Shown one piece after another: positions 23,571-31,477 of a stretch of DNA of 35,887 bases. The translations under genes and the position numbers were made by a program. Position 1 is the stretch's first letter; every line of letters begins with the position of its first letter. The notes below the pieces were generated by a model that saw nothing but the letters and a program-made list of their open reading frames with translations, had not been told where the DNA came from and made no database searches. Source of the stretch: an uncultured bacterium (GTDB taxonomy: Bacteria; Patescibacteriota; Saccharimonadia; UBA4664; SCTI01); NCBI GenBank assembly GCA_965364395.1, contig CBDTXE010000002.1:1-35887 (forward strand), written 5' to 3'.

Positions 23571-24698
23571 ATGGAATACATTGCCATCCTGGGCCGCCAG
23601 CCAGAGCTGGGGCTTGTAGAACTGGAATCATTGCTTGGCGCCGGCGGCGTCAAGCCGTTTGGGCGCTATGCGGCGCTATTGGCCGCAGACTATGACCTAA
23701 ACGATCTTGGCGGCGTGCAAAAAATAGGCGAAGTACTGTACCGTGGCCCCGCCCGCGACCTCAATGAAACGCCAATCCTGCCGCATGACCTACCCTTGAA
23801 GGACGGCAAGACCACCATTGGCCTGAGTTACTATGGCCTTAAAGCTACCCAACGTTTTGTGGTGGCCGCCGGCATGACTCTTAAGAAGCGGCTAAAGAGC
23901 CACGGGCCGGTCAGGATCGTGGCGCCGCAGTCCGGTACCGCGCTGACGGCCGCCCAAGTCAAATTTAACGCCCTCACCCGCGACGGCTTTGAACTGCTGG
24001 TCTGCGTTCACAAGCAGGAAATGGTCGTTGCCATCACCACCGCGTTCCAAGATATCGACTGGTACGCCACCCGCGACTACCAGCGGCCAACCCGCAGCGC
24101 CAAAGTTGGCATGCTCCCGCCCAAATTGGCCCAGATAATGGTCAACACCACAGATGGCAACCCGGTCTACGACCCGTTTTGCGGGACCGGCGTGGTGCTC
24201 CAAGAGTCGCTACTGCTTGGACGTGACGCGCTGGGGTCCGACACGGCTCAGGAAATGGTCCAGGCTACCAGGGCAAACTTGGAATGGCTGGGAAGGATGC
24301 GCTCTGGCCTCCCGGAGTGGTCGGTCAGTTGCCACGATGCCCGCACTGTCCGTATCCAAAAATCGCCACTAGCCATAGTCAGCGAGGGCTACTTGGGTCC
24401 CAACCTCGTCGCGCCGCCCGACGCCAGCCGCTATCGCGAGCTGGCATCGCCGCTCCAAGAGCTGTATGCCAGCAGCCTGCTAAATTGGGCTGGCCAAATA
24501 CCCGCTGGCACCGATGTCACTATTACGGCGCCGGTTTGGAACACCACCAAGGGGTGGCGAGGCCTGGACCTGGTTGACCAACTACCTGATATGGGCTATA
24601 CTCTGAGGAGTTTTGCGCATGCCGATAGCCGCGCACTGGTGTACCGGCGGACCGGCCAGATGGTTGGACGCCAACTATTAATCCTTAGGAAAAACTGA
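23571..24698 (+). CDS. Putative RNA methyltransferase, UPF0020/Trm11-like (SAM motif DPFCGTGVVLQE)
   Basis: Start moved to MEYIAILGRQPELG (ATG 23571). TATGAT (23559-23564) lies 6 nt upstream and there is no SD. The stop overlaps the rpmA start (TGATG). Confidence 0.6.
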   Translation: MEYIAILGRQPELGLVELESLLGAGGVKPFGRYAALLAADYDLNDLGGVQKIGEVLYRGPARDLNETPILPHDLPLKDGKTTIGLSYYGLKATQRFVVAAGMTLKKRLKSHGPVRIVAPQSGTALTAAQVKFNALTRDGFELLVCVHKQEMVVAITTAFQDIDWYATRDYQRPTRSAKVGMLPPKLAQIMVNTTDGNPVYDPFCGTGVVLQESLLLGRDALGSDTAQEMVQATRANLEWLGRMRSGLPEWSVSCHDARTVRIQKSPLAIVSEGYLGPNLVAPPDASRYRELASPLQELYASSLLNWAGQIPAGTDVTITAPVWNTTKGWRGLDLVDQLPDMGYTLRSFAHADSRALVYRRTGQMVGRQLLILRKN

Positions 24699-24970
24699 TG
24701 TCAAAGACAAAAGCAGGCGGCACAACAAAGAACGTTCATGATTCGCCGGGTAAGCGCCTGGGAGTCAAGCTGTATGGCGGCCAGATGGCCATCGCCGGCA
24801 ACATCGTCGTGCGCCAGCGCGGCAGCCGTATGGAGCCGGGTGAAGGCACCCGCATGGGCAAGGACCAGACTATCTTTGCAACCCGTAGCGGCAATGTGAA
24901 ATTTACGCTCAAGCAAATCACCAAATTTACCGGCCAGAAAGTCCGCCGGACCTTTGTGAGCATCGACTAA
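24698..24970 (+). CDS. rpmA: 50S ribosomal protein L27
   Basis: 90-aa ORF with the L27 signature (KAGGTTKN ... GKRLGVKLYGGQ ... IVVRQRG). Confidence 0.92.
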   Translation: MSKTKAGGTTKNVHDSPGKRLGVKLYGGQMAIAGNIVVRQRGSRMEPGEGTRMGKDQTIFATRSGNVKFTLKQITKFTGQKVRRTFVSID

Positions 24971-24999
24971 CGACTGGCCTTATTGCCAGTGTCAAATTC

Positions 25000-25022
25000 A
25001 GGCCCTCCGGGGCTTGTTTTTG
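25000..25022 (+). terminator. Intrinsic terminator after rpmA
   Basis: The stem is AGGCCC-TCCG-GGGCTT and includes one G-T wobble pair. It is followed by GTTTTTG. Confidence 0.55.
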
Positions 25023-25080
25023 TATCGGCTAGAGTGCTAAAACGGGATGGTCCCGTACCCCAATCGTGTGAGGCGCTTCC

Positions 25081-25521
25081 ATGAAGTTCATCGTGGCGTT
25101 TGGATTTGCTGTGACCGTTGCCGGAGTAACCCTCATGGCGCTGAGCATGCGCCCGGGCCAGCCGCCAGGGCTGGCGGTAGCCGGCGCAGCATTGGCAGCG
25201 GCTGGTATCGCGGCCACCCTGGTGTTTGGCGGCCGCTGGATGCTGGAGGACGTCCGCATGGAAAGCCCCCACGCCGACCGGCTGACCGTGGCCTTCTTTG
25301 GGCTGTTTGCGCTGCTTCTAGCGGGCGCCGGGTCCGCCATGCTGGTTGGCACCGGAGACCACCGCTTCATGGTATCTGGCATACTGGCGGCTTTGGCCTG
25401 GGCGCACATGGCGGCCACCAGGCGCATCCTGCGCCGCTATAGCGCTGCCCGGAACACACCGGTGAAGCCGGCTCGCCTGCGCCCCCGCAAAGCGCGTCCG
25501 GGCCAGAAGCGGCGGCGGTAG
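25081..25521 (+). CDS. Hypothetical membrane protein (about 4 TM helices, basic C-tail)
   Basis: 146-aa hydrophobic ORF with GAGG upstream of the ATG. Confidence 0.55.
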   Translation: MKFIVAFGFAVTVAGVTLMALSMRPGQPPGLAVAGAALAAAGIAATLVFGGRWMLEDVRMESPHADRLTVAFFGLFALLLAGAGSAMLVGTGDHRFMVSGILAALAWAHMAATRRILRRYSAARNTPVKPARLRPRKARPGQKRRR

Positions 25522-25536
25522 CTTCCGGGACAGTAA

Positions 25537-25568
25537 TTGACCGCCGGGCCAATGGCCGCGGCGGTCAA
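25537..25568. terminator. Long hairpin between the convergent genes 25081-25521 (+) and pyrG (-)
   Basis: TTGACCGCCG / CGGCGGTCAA outer stem with an inner GGCC-AAT-GGCC stem. Confidence 0.5.
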
Positions 25569-25592
25569 TCCCACTGTACTTTATCTACTTCC

Positions 25593-27221
25593 CTACTTGG
25601 CCCTGGCCGGCTGTTTGACGGCGGCGGCAACAAAGCTGGCAAACAGCGGCTGCGGACGATGCGGCCGTGACGTGAACTCGGGATGGAACTGGCTGGCAAC
25701 AAAGAACGGGTGGTCGGCCAGTTCAATGACTTCCACCAGTTTGTCATCCGGAGATGTGCCCACGATCTGCAATCCCCCCTTGGCCAGGATATCGCGGTAC
25801 TCATTGTTAAATTCATAGCGGTGGCGGTGGCGCTCATCAATCAACTCCTTGCCATAGGCGGCGGCCGCTTTTGAACCTGGCTGCAATTTGCACGGGTAAT
25901 TGCCAAGGCGCATGGTTCCGCCCTTGTTCACCACCTTTCGCTGGGTGTCCATTAAGGCGATCACAGGATGCTTGGCCTCAGCGTCGATTTCCGTAGTGTT
26001 AGCGGTCTGGTCTTTAAGCACCTCCCGGGCGACGGCGATGACCGCCACTTGCATGCCCAGACATAGCCCCAGGTAAGGGACTTTGTGCTGGCGCGCCCAA
26101 GCGGCCGCCGCAATCTTGCCCTCTACCCCGCGTGAACCAAAGCCGCCAGGAACGATAATGCTATCCAAACCCTCAAGCAATGCATCCGGGCCATCCTGCT
26201 CGATCTGCTCGGCGTTGACCCATGATATTTCCGGCTTGACGCCCGCTGCCCAAGACGCGGCTTTCACCGCCTCCGTAACGCTCATGTAGGTGTCTTCATG
26301 GTCCATGTACTTAGCCACAATCCCAACCTTCAGCTTGGGTTTGACGTCCGCAAAAATGGCTTGGTTCAGCTTATGCCACGCGGCCAGGTCGCCGGTGCGA
26401 ACTTCCAGGCCCAGGCTTCGGCAGACGTAGTCGGCGATTCCGGATTCCTCAAGCGTCAGCGGAACCTCATAGACGCTCCTGGCGGTTGGCAGTGCCACGA
26501 TGGCCGCCGGGTCAAGGTCACAAAACAGGCCGATCTTGTTGAGGATGTGGTCGCTGACCGGGCGCTCGGCGCGGGCAAAGATAATGTCCGGCTGGACACC
26601 GGCGGCCCGTAAATCGCGGACGGTATTCTGGGCGGGCTTGGTCTTGAGCTCTTTGCTGGCCTCCAAGTACGGCAGATAGACAACATGGGCGCACAGTACG
26701 TTGTCGGCACCAACGCGCCGGTAAAACTGGCGGATGGCATCCAGGAAGGCCAGGCTTTCATAGTCACCCACTGTGCCGCCAATCTCGACGATGTGGATAT
26801 CGTGGCCCTTGCCTGCGGCGATGATGTGGTCCTGGATTGTATTGGTGACGTGCGGAATGATTTGGACGGTCTTGCCCAGGTATTTGCCGGCGCGCTCGTC
26901 GCTGATGATTTGGGCATACACGCGGCCGTTCATGAGAGAGCTGGTCTGGTCTAGTTCCTCATCCAGAAACCGCTCATAATGGCCCAAGTCCAAATCCGTC
27001 TCGGCGCCGTCGGCGGTCACAAAGACCTCCCCGTGCTCCGCCGGATTGAGGGTGCCGGCGTCGGTATTCAGGTATGGGTCACATTTTTGGATGTTGACGC
27101 TATACCCTCGTGCTTTGAGAATTGCACCTAAAGAAGCGGCGGCGATGCCTTTTCCGAGTCCTGAAAGCACGCCGCCCGTTACGAATACATATTTTGTCTT
27201 GCCTGGCTCCTTCACGGCCAT
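25593..27221 (-). CDS. pyrG: CTP synthase
   Basis: 542-aa ORF with KYVFVTGGVLSGLGKG at the N-terminus and a glutamine amidotransferase C-domain (GLCLGMQ). AAAGGAG lies upstream of the ATG. Confidence 0.95.
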   Translation of the reverse strand: MAVKEPGKTKYVFVTGGVLSGLGKGIAAASLGAILKARGYSVNIQKCDPYLNTDAGTLNPAEHGEVFVTADGAETDLDLGHYERFLDEELDQTSSLMNGRVYAQIISDERAGKYLGKTVQIIPHVTNTIQDHIIAAGKGHDIHIVEIGGTVGDYESLAFLDAIRQFYRRVGADNVLCAHVVYLPYLEASKELKTKPAQNTVRDLRAAGVQPDIIFARAERPVSDHILNKIGLFCDLDPAAIVALPTARSVYEVPLTLEESGIADYVCRSLGLEVRTGDLAAWHKLNQAIFADVKPKLKVGIVAKYMDHEDTYMSVTEAVKAASWAAGVKPEISWVNAEQIEQDGPDALLEGLDSIIVPGGFGSRGVEGKIAAAAWARQHKVPYLGLCLGMQVAVIAVAREVLKDQTANTTEIDAEAKHPVIALMDTQRKVVNKGGTMRLGNYPCKLQPGSKAAAAYGKELIDERHRHRYEFNNEYRDILAKGGLQIVGTSPDDKLVEVIELADHPFFVASQFHPEFTSRPHRPQPLFASFVAAAVKQPARAK

Positions 27222-27331
27222 ACCAAAAGCTCCTTTTGTTTTACACGGTTACCCACACTGGCAGCCGCGGTTACTCACACACTACTTTGCCCAGTATCTC
27301 AAACGATCCCGCCAAGCACAAGCAGTAGTGC

Positions 27332-27769
27332 TTAGTGGGTACCGGTAGTACCAAAGCCGCCACGGTTGGCGCCTTCGAGCGAGTCAACTTCTACTAATTG
27401 GTAGTCGGCCAGACGGAAAGCCATGAACTGGCCAATGCGGGCGCCACGGGTCACCGTTACGGGCTTAGAAGTAAAGTTTAAGGCAGCCATTTTGTACTCG
27501 TCGCCATCGCCCCTGAAGTCGCCGTCAAAAATGCCGATGCCGTTGACCGGCATGATGCCAAACTTATGCGTCGAGCTGCGGGCAGCCAGCATCCCCCAGT
27601 AACCGCGCGGCAGCTCAATGGCAACATTTAGCGGCACGTAGCGGACTTCCCCTGCTGGGATAACCGTGTCTTCCCTGGCGCACAAGTCGTAAGCCACCGC
27701 GCCATCGGTCTGCCGAGCCGGAAATGGCAAATCCTTGTCGAACCGTTTGATTTTAATCTGCGCCGGCAT
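27332..27769 (-). CDS. dut: dUTP diphosphatase (trimeric dUTPase)
   Basis: 145-aa ORF with dUTPase motifs (AARSS, GIGIFDGDFRGD, RGGFGTTG). Confidence 0.88.
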   Translation of the reverse strand: MPAQIKIKRFDKDLPFPARQTDGAVAYDLCAREDTVIPAGEVRYVPLNVAIELPRGYWGMLAARSSTHKFGIMPVNGIGIFDGDFRGDGDEYKMAALNFTSKPVTVTRGARIGQFMAFRLADYQLVEVDSLEGANRGGFGTTGTH

Positions 27770-27771
27770 GC

Positions 27772-28947
27772 CTACTTGGCGGCCTCGGCCAAAGCGCGGT
27801 CAAGCTGGGGATCGCGCCCGGCGTCAAAATCCTCACGGTTCTGTTTCACTTCAATGTCGGGCTTGATGCCTTGCTTGTCGATGCCGGTGCCTTTTGGCGT
27901 AAACCAATGGGCGACGGTGACTTTCAGCTCCGCTCCCCCGCCCAGCTTGATGACTTCCTGGACACTGCCCTTCCCAAAGCTCTTCTCGCCAATGAGTTTG
28001 GCGGCGCCATGGCCCTTGAGGGCACCCGCCACAATCTCGCTGGCCGAGGCGCTCCCCTCGTTGATCAGCACTACAGTAGGCACGCCTACCAGTTTGCCGC
28101 CCCCGGTGGTGGTCAGTTTTTCTTTGGACTTGCCATCGTGGCGCTGCTCCACCACAACCTTGCCTGACGGCAGGAACTGGCTGGTAACCGCCACGGCCGC
28201 CTCAAGGTATCCGCCGGGGTTGTTGCGCATATCCAGGACGATCTTTTGGGCGCCCTGGGCCTTAAGTTCCGCAGCCGCCTGGCCAATCTTGGCCGACGTA
28301 TCCTGATGGAAGCCGTCCAATTCAATGTAACCAATACCCCCGGGCTTCATGCTCCATTTGATACTGGGGACATTAATGTCCTCACGCACGATTTTGACAT
28401 CTTTAGGGGCTTCCCCGCCGCGGACAATAGTCAGCGTCACTTCCGTTCCCTTATCGCCGCGGATCTTGCTGACTGCCTCGTCAACGCGCAGGCCACTGGC
28501 GTCCTTGCCATCAATGGCGGCAATAATGTCACCCGAGCGAATACCGGCTTTGATGGCGGGTGCCCCCTCAATTGGCGACATGACGGTCAGACGGTCGTTC
28601 TTAATAGCCAACTCGGCGCCGATGCCGGACAGTTTGCCGGCCAGTTCGTTGGTCAGCTCCTTGGCCGCTTTGGCATCCAGGTACTGCGTATAGGGATCAC
28701 CGGCCCCGGCTACCAGGCCGGCCCGCGCGCCGTCCATTATTTTGGCCTTGTCCAGGTCACCGTCAAAACGCCTCTCCAGAATGTCATAGGTGCCGCGCAG
28801 GTCGGCGAAGTTTAGCTGCTGCGAATCGCCTGGCTGCACCCAGTCGGCCGGCACCACGGTGGGCGCAACCTGCCCGCCAATAAAGGCGCCTCCCGCAATT
28901 AAAACGGTTGGTAGCACATGCTTAAAACGGGACTGGGGCTGCTCCAT
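27772..28947 (-). CDS. ctpA: Carboxy-terminal processing protease (S41) with a PDZ domain
   Basis: 391-aa ORF with an N-terminal TM/signal segment, a PDZ region (GDIIAAIDG) and an S41 core (GSASASEI, K in GEKSFGKG). AAGGAG lies upstream of the ATG. Confidence 0.88.
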   Translation of the reverse strand: MEQPQSRFKHVLPTVLIAGGAFIGGQVAPTVVPADWVQPGDSQQLNFADLRGTYDILERRFDGDLDKAKIMDGARAGLVAGAGDPYTQYLDAKAAKELTNELAGKLSGIGAELAIKNDRLTVMSPIEGAPAIKAGIRSGDIIAAIDGKDASGLRVDEAVSKIRGDKGTEVTLTIVRGGEAPKDVKIVREDINVPSIKWSMKPGGIGYIELDGFHQDTSAKIGQAAAELKAQGAQKIVLDMRNNPGGYLEAAVAVTSQFLPSGKVVVEQRHDGKSKEKLTTTGGGKLVGVPTVVLINEGSASASEIVAGALKGHGAAKLIGEKSFGKGSVQEVIKLGGGAELKVTVAHWFTPKGTGIDKQGIKPDIEVKQNREDFDAGRDPQLDRALAEAAK

Positions 28948-28967
28948 CAGACTCCTTAGGGATTATT

Positions 28968-30107
28968 TTAGTGGATATAGATTAACGAATTTGTGGGGTA
29001 ATAGCTGTGGCGGAAATGGCCGGCCACGTCGTAGTTCATCTCGCTAACCAGCACGTTGTCGCCCAGAACCTGTTCAACCACGACCACGTGGCCCCAGCGG
29101 CCTTCATTGATCACACCGACGGCATGCCGCTCGGGCGAACCATCAACGCGGAACCCGGCGGCGCGCGCCCGGTCATCCCACTCCTTGGCATTGCCCCATC
29201 CGCCCGGCACCGGCCGGCCAACTTGGGAGCGGCGCCAGGCTGCCCAAGAGACGCACTCGCGGGTATACATACCCCAGTTGTCCACCAACGCGTCCTGCGG
29301 GGCGTCGCACCACTTCATGGGATACCCGCCGTTGCCATAACCGTTGTCGCAGGCGCCGCCGCGACCGTTACTAGCCCCAGGCACGTTACCACGGACCGCG
29401 CCGCGCGAGCGAGCAGCAATGGCCGCCGCCTGCTGGGCCCGCAATTGGGCGACTTTTTCGCCGTTGGATTTGATTTGAGTCTGATATGCCGCCTCGTTAC
29501 CCTGGGTTTCCGCCAGCAGGTTAGCGGCCTCCGCCTGTTGCTGCTGCAATGCGGCCGCCAGCCCTGACTGCTGCGAGATAAGCGTACTCAGGTCCGCCTG
29601 CTGTTTCTCCAGGTCGGCCTTTAGCTTTTGGATAGCCGTTGAGGCGTCCTGGATGTGCTCTTTAATCTCGTCCTGGTACTGCTGCTTGTCTACAAAATCA
29701 CTAAAGCTGCGCACCGATACAAGCATCTCAAGGGGCGACACAGAAGCATGCTGGTAAATCTGGCGGACGCTCTCGTCCATAATTAGCTTCTTGGCTACCA
29801 ACTCCTTTTGGGCGGCCTGGATGCGCGCGGTGGTCTGGGCCTGCTTGGCGCGATTCAGCCGCAACTTGGCGTTGATTTCCGCGGACTGGGCTCCCAAAAA
29901 GCCGAGGCGGCTCTGCAGTGTATCAGATTGCGCCTTGTACTGCGCCGCCTGCTGTTGCTGCGTGGCGATAGTCGCGTTCAACGCGTCTATTTGCGCCTGG
30001 TATTGATCCGCGTAGACAGCCGATGAAAAAAATACAGCAGCCCCGATAACCGACGAAATCGCTCTGGCTGCTGACTTGGCTGTAAATACGGAGGTGACCC
30101 TACTAAT
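28968..30107 (-). CDS. Secreted coiled-coil plus C-terminal CHAP-domain peptidoglycan hydrolase (PcsB-like architecture), probable ATT start
   Basis: The ORF-track ORF (TTG at 29981) lacks a signal peptide. The same frame stays open upstream to 30125 and encodes SRVTSVFTAKSAARAISSVIGAAVFFSSAVYA/DQ. ATT at 30107 is the only start-like codon behind AAGGGGAAG and the TTGACC-17-TAAAGT promoter. CHAP Cys (RECVSWAAW) and His (GHVVVVE) are present. Confidence 0.7.
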   Translation of the reverse strand: MSRVTSVFTAKSAARAISSVIGAAVFFSSAVYADQYQAQIDALNATIATQQQQAAQYKAQSDTLQSRLGFLGAQSAEINAKLRLNRAKQAQTTARIQAAQKELVAKKLIMDESVRQIYQHASVSPLEMLVSVRSFSDFVDKQQYQDEIKEHIQDASTAIQKLKADLEKQQADLSTLISQQSGLAAALQQQQAEAANLLAETQGNEAAYQTQIKSNGEKVAQLRAQQAAAIAARSRGAVRGNVPGASNGRGGACDNGYGNGGYPMKWCDAPQDALVDNWGMYTRECVSWAAWRRSQVGRPVPGGWGNAKEWDDRARAAGFRVDGSPERHAVGVINEGRWGHVVVVEQVLGDNVLVSEMNYDVAGHFRHSYYPTNSLIYIH

Positions 30108-30130
30108 GGTACTTCCCCTTAACGCTTATG

Positions 30131-30159
30131 ACTTTATCTGAAAACGCTTATAGGGTCAA
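30131..30159 (-). promoter_or_regulatory. Promoter TTGACC-17-TAAAGT for the CHAP hydrolase gene
   Basis: Minus strand has TTGACC (30159-30154) and TAAAGT (30136-30131). The 9-bp direct repeat ATAAGCGTT (plus 30121-30129 and 30143-30151) flanks the -10. Confidence 0.55.
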
Positions 30160-30192
30160 GGTTGTTATGGTCTTGGAATGAACTATGGTATG

Positions 30193-30221
30193 TTGCATAA
30201 CAAGTATTTTCGCAATATAAT
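30193..30221 (+). promoter_or_regulatory. Promoter TTGCAT-17-TATAAT for the small gene at 30298
   Basis: TTGCAT (30193-30198), a 17-nt spacer and TATAAT (30216-30221). Confidence 0.65.
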
Positions 30222-30297
30222 GCCGCTGTAGCTTAACATCCAGCCCCACCCCAAGGAGGTGCGGAGTGACGTAGGTCCAACAACCTCGGAAGGAGGG

Positions 30298-30489
30298 GTG
30301 ATTCTCACCCTTAACTCCCCCGACGACGAGCCCGCCGGCTCCGTCCCCGACCACCGCGTCACGCGCCTGCCGTACTCGCACACCAGCGTCGTCGTTGACG
30401 GCGACTACCGCGTGCGCATGACCGTGAGCGGCTTTTTGCTGCTCGCACCGTACGTGCCGCCACTCATCGGCTTCACCGACCTCCAGTAA
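30298..30489 (+). CDS. Hypothetical small protein (about 63 aa) between the CHAP hydrolase gene and ftsX
   Basis: Bracketed by a consensus promoter and an intrinsic terminator. The start is uncertain: GTG 30298 or ATT 30301 behind GGAAGGAGG. The track start GTG 30259 abuts AAGGAG with no spacer. Confidence 0.5.
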   Translation: MILTLNSPDDEPAGSVPDHRVTRLPYSHTSVVVDGDYRVRMTVSGFLLLAPYVPPLIGFTDLQ

Positions 30490-30496
30490 GCTTCAT

Positions 30497-30537
30497 TTCC
30501 CGCCAGCCGCTAATTGTGGCTGGCGGGAAGCCCTTTT
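30497..30537 (+). terminator. Intrinsic terminator (12-bp stem TTCCCGCCAGCC/GGCTGGCGGGAA plus TTTT)
   Basis: Stem 30497-30508 / 30518-30529 with a 9-nt loop and a T-run at 30534-30537. Confidence 0.65.
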
Positions 30538-30559
30538 AGCAACCCGCAATCATTTACTA

Positions 30560-31477
30560 CTACAGCTTGAGGTAGCGCGTCAGCGCCACTACCGACGAGG
30601 CCGCGCCAATCAGCATTCCCAGCGCCAGCTCTGCAAAGGCAACCAAGAGTACATTTTCCTTGAGTAAGTTGATGATGGTGCCGGTATCGATATAGCTACC
30701 AAGTCGCGGTACGCCGCTCAGTACCACGGTGTAGATGAAGACCAGCGCGATAATGGCCGCGATGATGCCATACAGGGTCGCCTCAAAGATGAAAGGCCCG
30801 CGAATAAACCAGTTGGTGGCGCCAACCAACTTCATAATCTCAATCTCTTCGCGCCGCGTAAAAATGGCCATACGGATGGTGTTGAAAATGATCAGGGTCG
30901 AGATGACCACAAAGACGATGGACGCCACGATGCCGGTAGCCTTAAAGAAGTTGGAGGTTTGGACGATCTTGTCGATGGTCGCTTTCCGCTCGCCGCTGTA
31001 ACTAATGGGGTCGCGCTTGGCCAGCAGCGGCTTGAATTCCGCCGAGTTGACGGCATCGATAACCGGCTGGATCTCATTGGGGTCCTTGGCCTTGATTTGC
31101 AGGCTGGCCGGCAACGGGTTGTCGGTCTCGCTGACGGCTTCGAGAAGCTTGGGGTTGTCGGCGTTCTGCTTACGGTATTCGGCCAAAGCGTCGGCCTTAG
31201 TAACCTGTTTGACTGACTGGACGTTCTCCAAGCCTTCAATCTTGGCCTTCATAGCCGCAATTTGCTCGGGCTTGGCCGAGTCGTCCAGGAAGATCGACAC
31301 ATCGATTTTCTGTACAACATTTTTGATGGTGGAATTTAATGCCACGTTGGCAATATAGGAAACGGCAACCAGTGACAGAGTTACGGTCATGACCGCCGTG
31401 GCGGCGGTACTGAGCCAGGCGTTGCGGACAAAGTTGCGCAGCCCGGTCTTAGTGATGCGGGCGGTTGTGATCAACAT
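30560..31477 (-). CDS. ftsX: Cell division ABC transporter permease-like protein FtsX
   Basis: 305-aa ORF with one TM helix, a large external loop and three C-terminal TM helices. Its ATG overlaps the ftsE stop (TAATG). Confidence 0.9.
   Translation of the reverse strand: MLITTARITKTGLRNFVRNAWLSTAATAVMTVTLSLVAVSYIANVALNSTIKNVVQKIDVSIFLDDSAKPEQIAAMKAKIEGLENVQSVKQVTKADALAEYRKQNADNPKLLEAVSETDNPLPASLQIKAKDPNEIQPVIDAVNSAEFKPLLAKRDPISYSGERKATIDKIVQTSNFFKATGIVASIVFVVISTLIIFNTIRMAIFTRREEIEIMKLVGATNWFIRGPFIFEATLYGIIAAIIALVFIYTVVLSGVPRLGSYIDTGTIINLLKENVLLVAFAELALGMLIGAASSVVALTRYLKL

Noticed and set aside
22904-23653. 249-aa minus-strand ORF and 235-aa plus-strand ORF (22912-23619) overlapping the 23027-23485 gene
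   Set aside because: These are long open frames typical of G/C-rich coding DNA. Neither has a promoter, SD or terminator in the right place, whereas the 23027 frame has all three. They are treated as shadow ORFs.
27222-27331. The 110-nt dut-pyrG intergenic region as a possible pyrG attenuator (reiterative-transcription type)
   Set aside because: I could not find a convincing terminator hairpin with a U-tract or a G-run at a plausible TSS. Only a weak promoter-like TTGTGC-17-GATACT is present. There is nothing supportable.
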